A stretch of 64,000 nucleotides of DNA from Trypethelium eluteriae (taxonomy: Eukaryota): contig JAVECL010000004.1 of the NCBI GenBank assembly GCA_051942245.1, positions 1 to 64,000 on the forward strand. The letters are read 5' to 3'. The notes under the pieces are model-generated. The model worked only from the letters and a program-made list of their open reading frames with translations. It was not told the DNA's origin and made no database searches. Both the position numbers and the translations under genes were made by a program. This document shows positions 38,922-48,794 of this stretch, in pieces. The first letter of the stretch is position 1. Each line of letters begins with the position of its first letter.

Positions 38922-41900
38922 CTACAATGAACTGGTCCGCCTGTCATCGATCATCTCCACCTTCCCAATGCTCTTCTTCAAAGCTCTTCTCCTTCTCTCC
39001 TTCCTCAACACTGTTAGTCTGTCTCTAACTCGTTCCAATCCGCCTGACACCTTGAACCCGAGGTTATCCGTCTCTTCTCCACCAAGCCTTCCGCGCCCTG
39101 CCAGAATCCCATCCAAGGTCGATCTTGTGTTTTTCACCCCAGCCTTTGCTCTGTACACCAACCCTTTCTGGCCCCTCGCTCTTCCCACGCTTGCCGAGCG
39201 CAGACTCCCCTCAGCCACGCTACATGCGCCCTGGCTGCGTCGCTTCTGGACACCATTCGGAATCGCAAGCCGCGCCCGCAGAGAGGACGGAAGATTCACT
39301 ACATGTCTTCGTGAGTTACTCGGCTGGCGTCCGATGCCAAGCGAGTTGCCAATCAAGAAACTCCCCCTCCCCGCAACGCCCGAGCGCAGGCTGCTAATAC
39401 GCCGACTCAGGGAGCCGCCTGAGAGACGTAGCGGGCTTTTGCCGGTAGGAAATAAGGGTTTGACGTTGCTGGTATCACCACCCTCGGAGAGACGGTCGAG
39501 ATCCGGGTCGAAGGAGTCCAGCGGGTAGGAGGCGTGACCGTGGCCGGTCGCGTGGCGGCCCGCAACGAAGAAGCCGAGCTCCTCCTCCTCCTCCTCTTCC
39601 TCTTCGTCATCATCACAGCTATCCTCGCTATCTTCGGAGTCGGAGAAATCGTCCCAGAAACCACGCGGACGCCAGAATGGGTGAAGTTTGTTGTCCTCCT
39701 GCGGCATGTCGCTTACGCTAGGAACACTTGGTGGGTGAGCGTGAAGGTTATACCGGTTCTTGTTTCCGGGGAGCGGTAGCTGTGCTTTCGCCTGTAGGAG
39801 GGGTTGAATGATGGGCTCACTTATACGACGGGCTCGTTGGCGTAAACTTAGACGGCGAGCTGGCACCTTTTGCACATTGTGAGAGGCAATGGTGGGAACG
39901 CCAGGGCCAGCCAATTGAGCGACTTTGGTGGCGGCGTTTGTGTTGCCGAGAGAGAGCGGCGAATCGATCTCAGAAAGAGGTGTTGGCGGAATTATTTTAA
40001 AGGCCGGAGGCTGAGAAGCGACGTGTGATGTTTTGAGGGGAGATAGATGGCGGGAAGAGAGAGTCGAAACGCTAAAACCGTTTTGTCCAGAGGTTGCAAG
40101 AGCATCCATGGGCGGAGTGGAGGGTGAGATCGTTGTTGTAAACAAGGGCACTGGTTGAGATTGTAGCCGAGAATGCGACGCGGAAGATCCCGAGCGAATA
40201 GATGATATAGTTCGACGGCGTTCAATGACTCCTCCTGACGTCGTTGGACGAGCAAGTTGCTGAACTACAAGGAGGGAGTGATTGGTATGGGGATATATGC
40301 TCACCGCAGTGGCCTGACTGACTTCTAAAGTGTCTGGCTGTTCAGTAGAGCCTTCAGAATGCGGCGATGCACTGGCATGCGCGTATCGTGCAAGTGAGTG
40401 GTCAGAATTCGGAGCTAGAAGACGATCAGCCGAGCTGCGAGGTATTGATGTTGTCTCACGGCTCGATCTGGGTGGCTCAAATTGCGCTTGGAGACTTGAT
40501 GAGTTCTCCAGGCTCGTAGACCGCATACCACCGTCGGCACTGGCTTTGCTGTCCAGGCGTGCGCCCATGATAGGCAGAGCAGGCTCATCCGAAAGCAAGT
40601 CCTCATCAAGATCGTCTCGCTGCCAGCCTTTACGGGAACTTTTTGGCATTGGAAACTGTCTAACAACATCTGGTATAGACAGGTGTTCTTGCGATAAGTC
40701 CCGAGCAGCAGGATTTGGAGAAGCGGCGGCAGGGTCATGAATTAAGAGAGCATGATTGGTCGTGTCTGATACCTTGCTACCAGGGAGGGAATGCCGAGGG
40801 CGACTTTCGTTCTTACGAGGAGCGTCATGTGCAAAAATCGCTCGTTGTCGTGCAATGTCGAAGTAGCCAAGACCGACTCGATCCAGGCCTGCAGGAAGTT
40901 GCTTCACTCGCTCGCCGGCACTCTGCACGCTCGTTAAGTGCTGAGTGCGGAGTCCTGGATCTGAAGGCGGCTGGGGGAACGCTAGATCTGGAGCACTGTC
41001 GGGGCGAGGTCGAAGTCGCCTCGGACTGGATGAGTCCCTTGACGATACATTTGATCCGTCGCTATTACGATTTTTCCTATCAGATATTGGAGATCTTTTG
41101 TGCCCAAAGGGGCGCAGCGGTCCGTCTTCCGAGACTTGAGATGCAGATGTTGAATGACTCGTAAAAGATCTGTCTCCTTCTCGAAGTGATACATTTTTTC
41201 CCATTCTTTTTAAAGTACGATGATGCGGCCGGCAGGCTGTGGGACTCGGTACAACCATTGCCTCCACTACACTGGATATGTTGGAAGCAGATGATAGCCG
41301 TTTCTGCTCTTCCCTGTGTATTTGGGCCTGCGCTGGACCACGAACCATCGAAGACCCCTCGCCATCGCGAACAGCTTTCTGCATGTTCAGACTCCGACCA
41401 CTGTGTTTATTGAAAGCCCCTGGCTCTTTCAGTTCCGGCCTCAGACTTGGCGAAATGTTCTTCGCGATGCTTTGGTCGGGCTTTGCTGAGGGCGGGAGCG
41501 CAATCCTCGGCTGTCGCTTTCGAAGTGTAACATTCCTCATTCGATCATCGTCCCATTCCAAAGCTTGCGCATACTCATTCCGAGACTGTTCAGTATTTCT
41601 ATCTATTTTCACGCTCTCCACGTTCTCTATTTGTTGCTCTTCCTGCCTCTCGATATCTGGATAGCGCTCTGCCGGTGTACTCTCAACGGAGCTTTGTTCG
41701 CCTGCCATATATTCGAAATTTAGACCGAGTCCAATCTCAGGAACCGGCCGGCCAGGACGTCGCCCAGCACTATGCGACCAGGCTCCACTAGGCGAGCGTG
41801 TTGATGCTTCTGATGGAGCATATTGACAGCTCTCTCCATCTTCTATTGACTGGTTTTCTTGCGCGGTCCTGAAGGACCCTGCAAACGAAGATGGGGTGTG

Positions 41901-42356
41901 GGAAACGAGCGAGGGCCTCGAGACGGATAGGTACTCGAGATTGTGTGGCGGTGTGGTTTCTGGGGTAGGAGGGCTCCTCTGATTGATTGGTGTGCTCAAA
42001 CCCGACTTTTGCGACATGAGCGATCCCACCACCCCATCAGCATATGTTGAAGCGCTGTTCCTGCTGTCGGCAGAGCTCTCTTGTGTGTTTGAAGGAGGGG
42101 TTGGGGGAAGACCGAAGCCTGGCTGGGCTGGTGGACGCAGCATGGACACATCAGATTGTTGACAGACTTGCTCCAAAGGCCGTGGAGTGAGAAAGCGGTC
42201 GGGGGCTGAAGAGAAATCTGAGGATGACGAGGACTTGCGACCTTCACTCAACATGACGGCCTTGCCTGCTAGATCCGTGGGCCTGCTTGAGAAGGATTGT
42301 GATTGAAAGGACTGCTTTAAGATGGAACATACATCTTGATATTGTTGCCCAACCAT
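38922..42356 (-). CDS. Large Ser/Pro/Arg-rich, probably disordered conserved fungal hypothetical protein
   Basis: Uninterrupted frame of >1100 aa. Motif islands LPPTPP, EVSQATAVSIYPH.NHSLLVVQQ and KLHPFWRPRGFWDDFSDSE followed by an acidic tract. Start codon uncertain. Confidence 0.8.
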   Translation of the reverse strand: MVGQQYQDVCSILKQSFQSQSFSSRPTDLAGKAVMLSEGRKSSSSSDFSSAPDRFLTPRPLEQVCQQSDVSMLRPPAQPGFGLPPTPPSNTQESSADSRNSASTYADGVVGSLMSQKSGLSTPINQRSPPTPETTPPHNLEYLSVSRPSLVSHTPSSFAGSFRTAQENQSIEDGESCQYAPSEASTRSPSGAWSHSAGRRPGRPVPEIGLGLNFEYMAGEQSSVESTPAERYPDIERQEEQQIENVESVKIDRNTEQSRNEYAQALEWDDDRMRNVTLRKRQPRIALPPSAKPDQSIAKNISPSLRPELKEPGAFNKHSGRSLNMQKAVRDGEGSSMVRGPAQAQIHREEQKRLSSASNISSVVEAMVVPSPTACRPHHRTLKRMGKNVSLREGDRSFTSHSTSASQVSEDGPLRPFGHKRSPISDRKNRNSDGSNVSSRDSSSPRRLRPRPDSAPDLAFPQPPSDPGLRTQHLTSVQSAGERVKQLPAGLDRVGLGYFDIARQRAIFAHDAPRKNESRPRHSLPGSKVSDTTNHALLIHDPAAASPNPAARDLSQEHLSIPDVVRQFPMPKSSRKGWQRDDLDEDLLSDEPALPIMGARLDSKASADGGMRSTSLENSSSLQAQFEPPRSSRETTSIPRSSADRLLAPNSDHSLARYAHASASPHSEGSTEQPDTLEVSQATAVSIYPHTNHSLLVVQQLARPTTSGGVIERRRTISSIRSGSSASHSRLQSQPVPLFTTTISPSTPPMDALATSGQNGFSVSTLSSRHLSPLKTSHVASQPPAFKIIPPTPLSEIDSPLSLGNTNAATKVAQLAGPGVPTIASHNVQKVPARRLSLRQRARRISEPIIQPLLQAKAQLPLPGNKNRYNLHAHPPSVPSVSDMPQEDNKLHPFWRPRGFWDDFSDSEDSEDSCDDDEEEEEEEEELGFFVAGRHATGHGHASYPLDSFDPDLDRLSEGGDTSNVKPLFPTGKSPLRLSGGSLSRRISSLRSGVAGRGSFLIGNSLGIGRQPSNSRRHVVNLPSSLRARLAIPNGVQKRRSQGACSVAEGSLRSASVGRARGQKGLVYRAKAGVKNTRSTLDGILAGRGRLGGEETDNLGFKVSGGLERVRDRLTVLRKERRRRALKKSIGKVEMIDDRRTSSL

Positions 42357-42520
42357 GTTTGCCACGATACAAGAGATGGTAGGCCCGAAGCGATTTTCGC
42401 GGCCGACGCTGTTTTCGCAGCCGATCACCCTCTCATGGTCATGACCTGGTGGAACAAGATTGTAAAAGCTCCCAAGTAAAGGAAAGTCACATGGTGCAGA
42501 TGACCGGCGTTGGGATGGTT

Positions 42521-42570
42521 ACGGGTCGCTACGGGTCGCTACGGGTCGCTATGGGTCGCTATGGGTCGTT
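42521..42570. repeat. 10-bp minisatellite x5 (A[C/T]GGGTCGCT)
   Basis: acgggtcgct x3, atgggtcgct, atgggtcgtt. Confidence 0.95.
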
Positions 42571-44860
42571 GCGTTAAAACGGGCGCAGGATCTCTTGACG
42601 TCGGACGATTGCTTGCGATCAGTCAGGTCGAAAGCGAGACAACAGAGTCGGCAAGTTGCAGCTTGGTCGGCAGAGTGCGCGAGCGTGGACGAGGTCGCGG
42701 GAGTGGGTGACGAGTGGATGAGTGGATATGAGGGCAGTTGGTTGGTTGGCTGGCTGATTGGCTGGCTGGCTTGGCACCTTGGATCGAGGTCGAGGTCGAG
42801 TGATTTCCTGATGACGATAGCTGCGCGGCCGCCTTGCCCAACTAGGAAAGACCAGGGCAAACCCCTGGACTGTCTTTGACTGCCTTACCACAACACACAC
42901 AACTACATCAATATCAATAACTAGGTAGGGAGGTACGGATTACCTCAAACCCCCGAATCTCGGTCCTGGAGAAATCACTGTGTCAGCAGTCCCCGTGACA
43001 ACTCACAAAATGTCTTTGGATGGCTTCCTGGTCTTGAAATCGTCGTGTCAGAAGGGGCATCCCGCTCGAACATTTCCACCATTCTGGAGAGCTGGTCCTT
43101 GACGACCTCAAAGTGGTCACTATTTCAAGGACTCTTTCTGCGGCCCCACAAGAGCTAGGTGCTCGGACAAATGATCCCTCACCTTCGGCCGCTTCCAGCA
43201 CAAGCTAGCAGAGTGAGCACAACGAGTGGACGATCCTATTCTTAGCTTTCTTGTTTATACAAGATGGGTATGAAGATAGTTTCAGCTAGAGCTGCTCTGA
43301 TCTCTAGGGAATATAGTGATGCACTTCAGCAGACTTCTTGACTGCGCTGATCCTGCGAGAAAGGGGTTCGGAAATTTTATGTGCCTTCCAAAACTTGTTC
43401 TACTATACCTAGCCCTACCACTTTAGGAATTCTGACGCACGTATGGAGTAATGGATTAGGGTATCCTGTGCTGAGAATAGACAGTTTCTCAACAGCAGAA
43501 GACGTCGTCGAAACCATTATCACGACTATCTATCGATAGTCTGTACAGGAGTCGCATTTAAGTGCGCTTCGAAGAATCCGCTCCGTAACTGGCAGAAATC
43601 GACTTGCAATGGTTTTGATTATACCTTTTTAACTGGATGGAAGATGCGCTTCTCGAGAGGGATGAAAAGTAAGCCAGAAAAAGAGAGAAAAGTCGAAAAG
43701 GATTGCGGCCTACTCATTAGGTAAGGTGGGATCGTAAGAATCTATCCAAGTCTGGAAGACATTCAGGTGGAATAATGTATTTGTGATTCGCACTGTATCC
43801 AACAAAGAAAGGGCAGAGGAATCAACCGTCGGAAAGCCAATCTGGGCGGAACGAATGATCAACAATGCCTTTCTACGAAGTCTTTGTTTCTAGGAAGGGG
43901 GGATTTTCCAAAGGTCAGGTTCAACGCAGTCGGCCTCAACCATAGCGTAGAAGAACCCATTCCTCTGTAAAGCAAATACATTAGCCTGGATCTATGGAGT
44001 ACTGCAACATTCTGCCGTCGGACCTGTTATCGTCATCAGAGCCCAGAATTTCTCCGTGAATCTCCTGGAGGGTCAGAAAATGCCTTTCAGTGATTCGAAA
44101 ATACCATGAGAGGCTTGCAAGGTCCTGCTTGTGGTGTACATCTTCGAGGCATAAGAATGGGATCCGAAATTGGATATAGTTTCCTGAGAGTAATTGGGTG
44201 CCGCTACTATGGCCAAGTTTGCCCGCAATACGGCTAAAAAGTATTCAGGTTCACATCAAAACAGCGTCAGAGATTTGCGGGCTTGCGTTATGCCGAAAGT
44301 AAGAAACCCCATAGATGCTTTGTGATCCTGACAATTTATAAAGCTTCCAAACATTTGATGTAGCAAATAATTCCACCTCCATAGATTTAGTGACATCTCC
44401 TACTAACAATGTCATAGATAATAATTTGTATCAATGGCTACCTATGAGATAAAGTCTTGTAAATGCGCTTGGCTGTCTTTGGTCTTGTCTCACGTGCATC
44501 GTTTGTCAACCAAAGAAGGCAAGCATCAACAAACATGTCCTAGTCCGTGGTTAGCCATGAACGCTCTTTGAGAATAAGCACACTCGCTCATCAACACATT
44601 ACCTTGGGGATATGCTGCGAGAGAATATAAGAGAAAACTTAGGCAACTATGTGTCACAGCAGGAACGCCATCTCTTCAGCGACTAGTGAGTCTGTGACGA
44701 TCAAACACTAGCAATGGAAATTGTGAACATTGAAGATTAGAGAAAAGTCGCATTTCACAGCAAGTACGTGAGGTTCGAGGATAACGAGCTATTTTAAATG
44801 TTCCAACTTTACACTTTTACCTGCAGAAAGTGACTTTTCTTATCTCCAGCACTGTGCACT

Positions 44861-47173
44861 ATGTCAGGTCGAAACCAAGATTTGCCAGCTTCTTCAGATC
44901 TCTCAAATCCCGGTACCACAGCGTTCCAACTTGAAAACCAAATCGTAGTCGGCTCTTCACGTTCGATGAATACCAAAGGATGTTTAGCAATATGCTCGGA
45001 AGCCGATATGGACAGTACTATTGAACTAGAAGAAGGAGAGATTGAGGAAGGCAAAGATACAGATATTCTAGAGGATGAGTCTTATCTCTCTGATGATGAC
45101 AGCATGGACGTTGACTCAGAAGATGGAAGCGAAGAGATGTCAATGGACGATTTGGAGGAAAATGAAGTCAGGGAGCTGACAGAGGATGCAGCCCCTGAGA
45201 TGGCTTGGGTTCGTGAGAAGCAAAAAAGGCAGGTGTCTGGCGAAGTTGTCCATATCACTCCATATCCAGATCGCGACATGGAACTGGTTCGACGATATGT
45301 CCACCGTGGGGGCGAAACATTTTGCGAGGTATACTTCCGGGGAAGAGAAATCGAAGAGGACATCTACAAGTTGATAAGTGTCTCGCCTTCTGAGATCGAC
45401 CTGGTAACGCTCCCAGAAGCTGCAGACGTCGAAGGCGAGCAATACCTTGTTAACGAAACTAATCCACTCCCAGGTCAGTGGCGACCTTACTTCCATGGTG
45501 GATATCATACGGGCTGCGCGCTGTTTCACCACAAGACCACTTATCGGTATCCAGCCCTTGAGCTTCTTCAGCCAGGGGAACGGCCCTTCTTTGCCCAACC
45601 CGCCGGTTGCCAGTCGCGGCATCATCCTGGGCCCCCTCCGCGGAATCCGCAGGAGCATTCCTTTTTCACCATTTCAGAGGTTTATCCAGATTTTGCCCAG
45701 AGGAAACTGGACGGAGACAGGGGAAGTATCATCGACGTGATTGAATGGTTGACCCGAATGCCCGGCAGGACCGAGTTTTCCTTCGTCACAACAAAGCGCA
45801 AAGGAATATCCATTTTCAGGATTAAATTAGCGAGCCATTTCATGCGGCATCCATTCGATATGGTGCACGAATTTGAGCTGACCCAGGCAGAATGGGATGC
45901 ACTGCCAGCCCAGTCTAGGAATGAGGCAGTGGCTATGGAGGAAGCGGCCTTTGCAATGGATTTTCGTGCATTGGAGCACAAATGGTACGATCGCCGTCTC
46001 AAATCCCTAGGATGGGAGGGTGGACTCCAATGGATCGAGAGCATGGATGATGCGGAGCTTTTCAACTTCGTGGAATGGCACTACAATTGCACTGAGTTGT
46101 ACGAACTTTCGACCGATCGAGCTTGGCACGAAGTAGTTTACCAACTCGAGGAACATGGAATGCAACTTCCTGAGTTCCCCTGGAAGCAACGCATGCCTCG
46201 CATTCCAGTGTCGGAAGTACTACTGAAGAAGGTGGAAATCATTCATCCCTCTGAGCTGCGGGCTGATCAAACGCAGTGCGGCATCTGCACTACAGACTTT
46301 GCCCAGCTGGAGGAATTCCCGGCCAAGTTCAACTGCCGGTGCGGAGCCATCTTTGGACTTGCTTGTCTGCTCGACTGGCATCGTGATATTCAGGAAGGTA
46401 CTGTCAAAACATGCCCAATTTGTCGAGACGCCATGTATACACAGGACGAGGTGGTCAACGACCTTTACCCTGTTTGGCAGAACAGCACTGGAGTGGAGTG
46501 GAATGAGAACAATAAAGACCTAGACTGGGGCTTGTACCCTCGGTTGATCCCCTGGGACTTCCGTTCCATCCACGTGAATGCGGCGCAGCTTGTTCTTGCC
46601 TTCAAATACGTCTTCTCGATGTCAACTGACATTCCAGCGAAGGGGGGGCGAACTCCGGAATACCGCTACCATCCGGTGTATACGGTCCAATACGAAATCG
46701 TCAGCAACGCCTGGCGGAACACCGTCCGAGACTGTAATGGGAGGAAAATTCACCCCCAAGACCTTTTCTCAATTGTCCGAAACTATGCAAAGACAACGCG
46801 TCCTCAACTTGGAGACTACGCAAGACAATTCTATGAGAGGGCGCCTGGCTTTTGGAAGCTTTTCGGAGATATCGACGCTCCTTGGTCTTACTGGAAACGA
46901 ATGATCCATCGAGCTATTAACTTTTACAAACTTCGTGGCATCTCCCCAAGTGCAAACGGACCCGAAGCCGTCGAACTTGATGGAGACTTTTGTGTGCGTA
47001 CGCTGAGATCGAATGACATAGTTGAAGGCGGCCTGATCTATCGTGTCTTTTTCAATAAAGATCGATGGGATAATGATGCAGACACAGATGACGCATGGAA
47101 TGCTTGGATACAGTGGCGGGACGACTGGACAGCTAGGAATGGTTATGTAGAGTCCCTAGATGAGGACCTGTAG
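44861..47173 (+). CDS. Orphan ~750-aa protein with acidic N-terminus and variant RING finger
   Basis: Single long ORF containing CGIC..x14..CRCGAIFGLACLLDW..TCPICR (46277-46426). Likely true start is 44967 or 45008. Confidence 0.8.
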   Translation: MSGRNQDLPASSDLSNPGTTAFQLENQIVVGSSRSMNTKGCLAICSEADMDSTIELEEGEIEEGKDTDILEDESYLSDDDSMDVDSEDGSEEMSMDDLEENEVRELTEDAAPEMAWVREKQKRQVSGEVVHITPYPDRDMELVRRYVHRGGETFCEVYFRGREIEEDIYKLISVSPSEIDLVTLPEAADVEGEQYLVNETNPLPGQWRPYFHGGYHTGCALFHHKTTYRYPALELLQPGERPFFAQPAGCQSRHHPGPPPRNPQEHSFFTISEVYPDFAQRKLDGDRGSIIDVIEWLTRMPGRTEFSFVTTKRKGISIFRIKLASHFMRHPFDMVHEFELTQAEWDALPAQSRNEAVAMEEAAFAMDFRALEHKWYDRRLKSLGWEGGLQWIESMDDAELFNFVEWHYNCTELYELSTDRAWHEVVYQLEEHGMQLPEFPWKQRMPRIPVSEVLLKKVEIIHPSELRADQTQCGICTTDFAQLEEFPAKFNCRCGAIFGLACLLDWHRDIQEGTVKTCPICRDAMYTQDEVVNDLYPVWQNSTGVEWNENNKDLDWGLYPRLIPWDFRSIHVNAAQLVLAFKYVFSMSTDIPAKGGRTPEYRYHPVYTVQYEIVSNAWRNTVRDCNGRKIHPQDLFSIVRNYAKTTRPQLGDYARQFYERAPGFWKLFGDIDAPWSYWKRMIHRAINFYKLRGISPSANGPEAVELDGDFCVRTLRSNDIVEGGLIYRVFFNKDRWDNDADTDDAWNAWIQWRDDWTARNGYVESLDEDL

Positions 47174-47486
47174 AGGTAATTTGTTGTGTACTTCTCCAAA
47201 ATCTAAGGTTTTGAATGGAGAGTTATAGTTTTCACCTAATAAAGTGCAGCGTGATCAGAAAGATGAGCGAGCATACCGAAATTGAGAAAATCTCGACACG
47301 ATCTGTCGGGTTTCGGGTGAGTCCACAAATCTTCTTGGAGGGTGGTGATTTAATCTGAGCACAACGAGCCATCCCCTAGTTAGATACGGTACGGTACCGA
47401 TGGAGATTTTCACTGATCCTACACCCAGGTTGTGGCTGACTACCGTTCGTGTTTTCTGACCTCACTTTTTCTTGGATCGAGCTGTG

Positions 47487-47850
47487 CACTTCTACACGGA
47501 TCGGTTGAATCCGGTGCCGCGCGAAATTATCCAAAGTAACCCAAAATACGATATAGCGGAATATCTTCTTCCGAGCTTCCGTGCTCTACCGTAAGTGTTG
47601 AGGGTTGGTGCTGACGCCGCCGTCATAGTGTAACACAAACAGAGTTTTTCGCGGTCCTAAACCTGGATTCACTCTTCTCCGATCTAGCTTGCTCTTAGGC
47701 TGACCTACCTTATACACTTCTACACGAACGAGTTGAATCCCTTACCGAGTAAAGTTGTCTAAAAGTAACGCAAAAATGAGCGGAACATCTTCATCTGTAC
47801 TTCCGTGCTCCAAGTATTGAGAGTTGCTGCTGACAACGTCGTAGTAACAC
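47487..47850. repeat. Degenerate direct duplication (~140-150 bp units at ~47487-47636 and ~47715-47850)
   Basis: Collinear shared blocks cacttctacacg, gttgaatcc, aaagtaac, gcggaa(t/c)atcttc, cttccgtgctc, aagt(g/a)ttgag, gctgac, gtaacac. Confidence 0.85.
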
Positions 47851-48155
47851 TCACATTCTAAACGAAGACCAGACATGCATTTGTCAAGCGATATGGAGCC
47901 GCCGGAGTTACAGTATAGCACGGTCCGTCAAGGATCGCAAGATCCGGTTGCTTCTTTCTTCGTACTCAGGCAACTCGTAGTCACAGACCGCATGAATCTA
48001 CCTCTTGTTTATATAAAGACAGTTTCCACATCTCGGACCTAATGCTCATTAAGGGAGCACGAGCAAAACACTCCAAGACAAGCACATACTATAAATCTAT
48101 ACACCCTCATCCTCTACCTAGCTAGCCGAGTCCTATTCTGAGAAGACAAACGACG

Positions 48156-48470
48156 ATGACGGTCTACGCAGTTGCTCTGATCAACATCGCTGACCATGCA
48201 AGATACGAACCATATATGACTGGCTTTTTCGAAATCTGGAAAAAATATGATGGGGAGATCCTTGCCGTAGGAGACGAGCCAAAGGTGATTGAAGGCCCGT
48301 GGCCTTTCTATCGGACTGTGATCCTGTCGTTCCCGAACGAAGATGCATTCAGCACATGGTACCAATCTCCGGATTATCAGGAACTCGTCAAACACCGTCA
48401 CTCTGCCTCGATAACTTCACTCGCTCTGCTGGAGCATTTCGTTTTGCCAGACAATTTGTCAAGCAAGTGA
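48156..48470 (+). CDS. DUF1330-family dimeric alpha/beta-barrel protein (bacterial-like, intronless)
   Basis: MTVYAVALINIAD..RYEPY..KYDGEILA..VIEGPW..RTVILSFP..WYQSPDYQEL..R matches the DUF1330 pattern. TATA-like elements at ~48010 and ~48089. Confidence 0.85.
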   Translation: MTVYAVALINIADHARYEPYMTGFFEIWKKYDGEILAVGDEPKVIEGPWPFYRTVILSFPNEDAFSTWYQSPDYQELVKHRHSASITSLALLEHFVLPDNLSSK

Positions 48471-48794
48471 TGGACTCCAGCTCGGAGCTCGGAACTCCTC
48501 AACGCTGGAATATTGCAACGCGCATCAAATTCACTGGGGCGACTATGTACAAGCATTCGGGCTTCTTAGCTTCTTCGGTGAGCAACGGCGATGAGGATTA
48601 CTTGGTTGGAAAGCTGAAAGACCGCATGGTGAAATTGACGACTTGACGGAGGGAAGGCCAAAAGGTCTGCTTTTGTTGAGAAATTTTCATCAATGGGGGA
48701 AAGTCTCCATTGTAACTTCAAATGACGTTACCGTCAGTGTAAATATTGCGTTTGGTTGGGCAAAATGCCTTGTCGGACTTCAAACAATACCACT

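Noticed and set aside
42521..42570. Tandem repeat considered as a CRISPR or telomeric array
   Set aside because: It has no spacers and is not TTAGGG-like; it is a simple minisatellite in a eukaryote.
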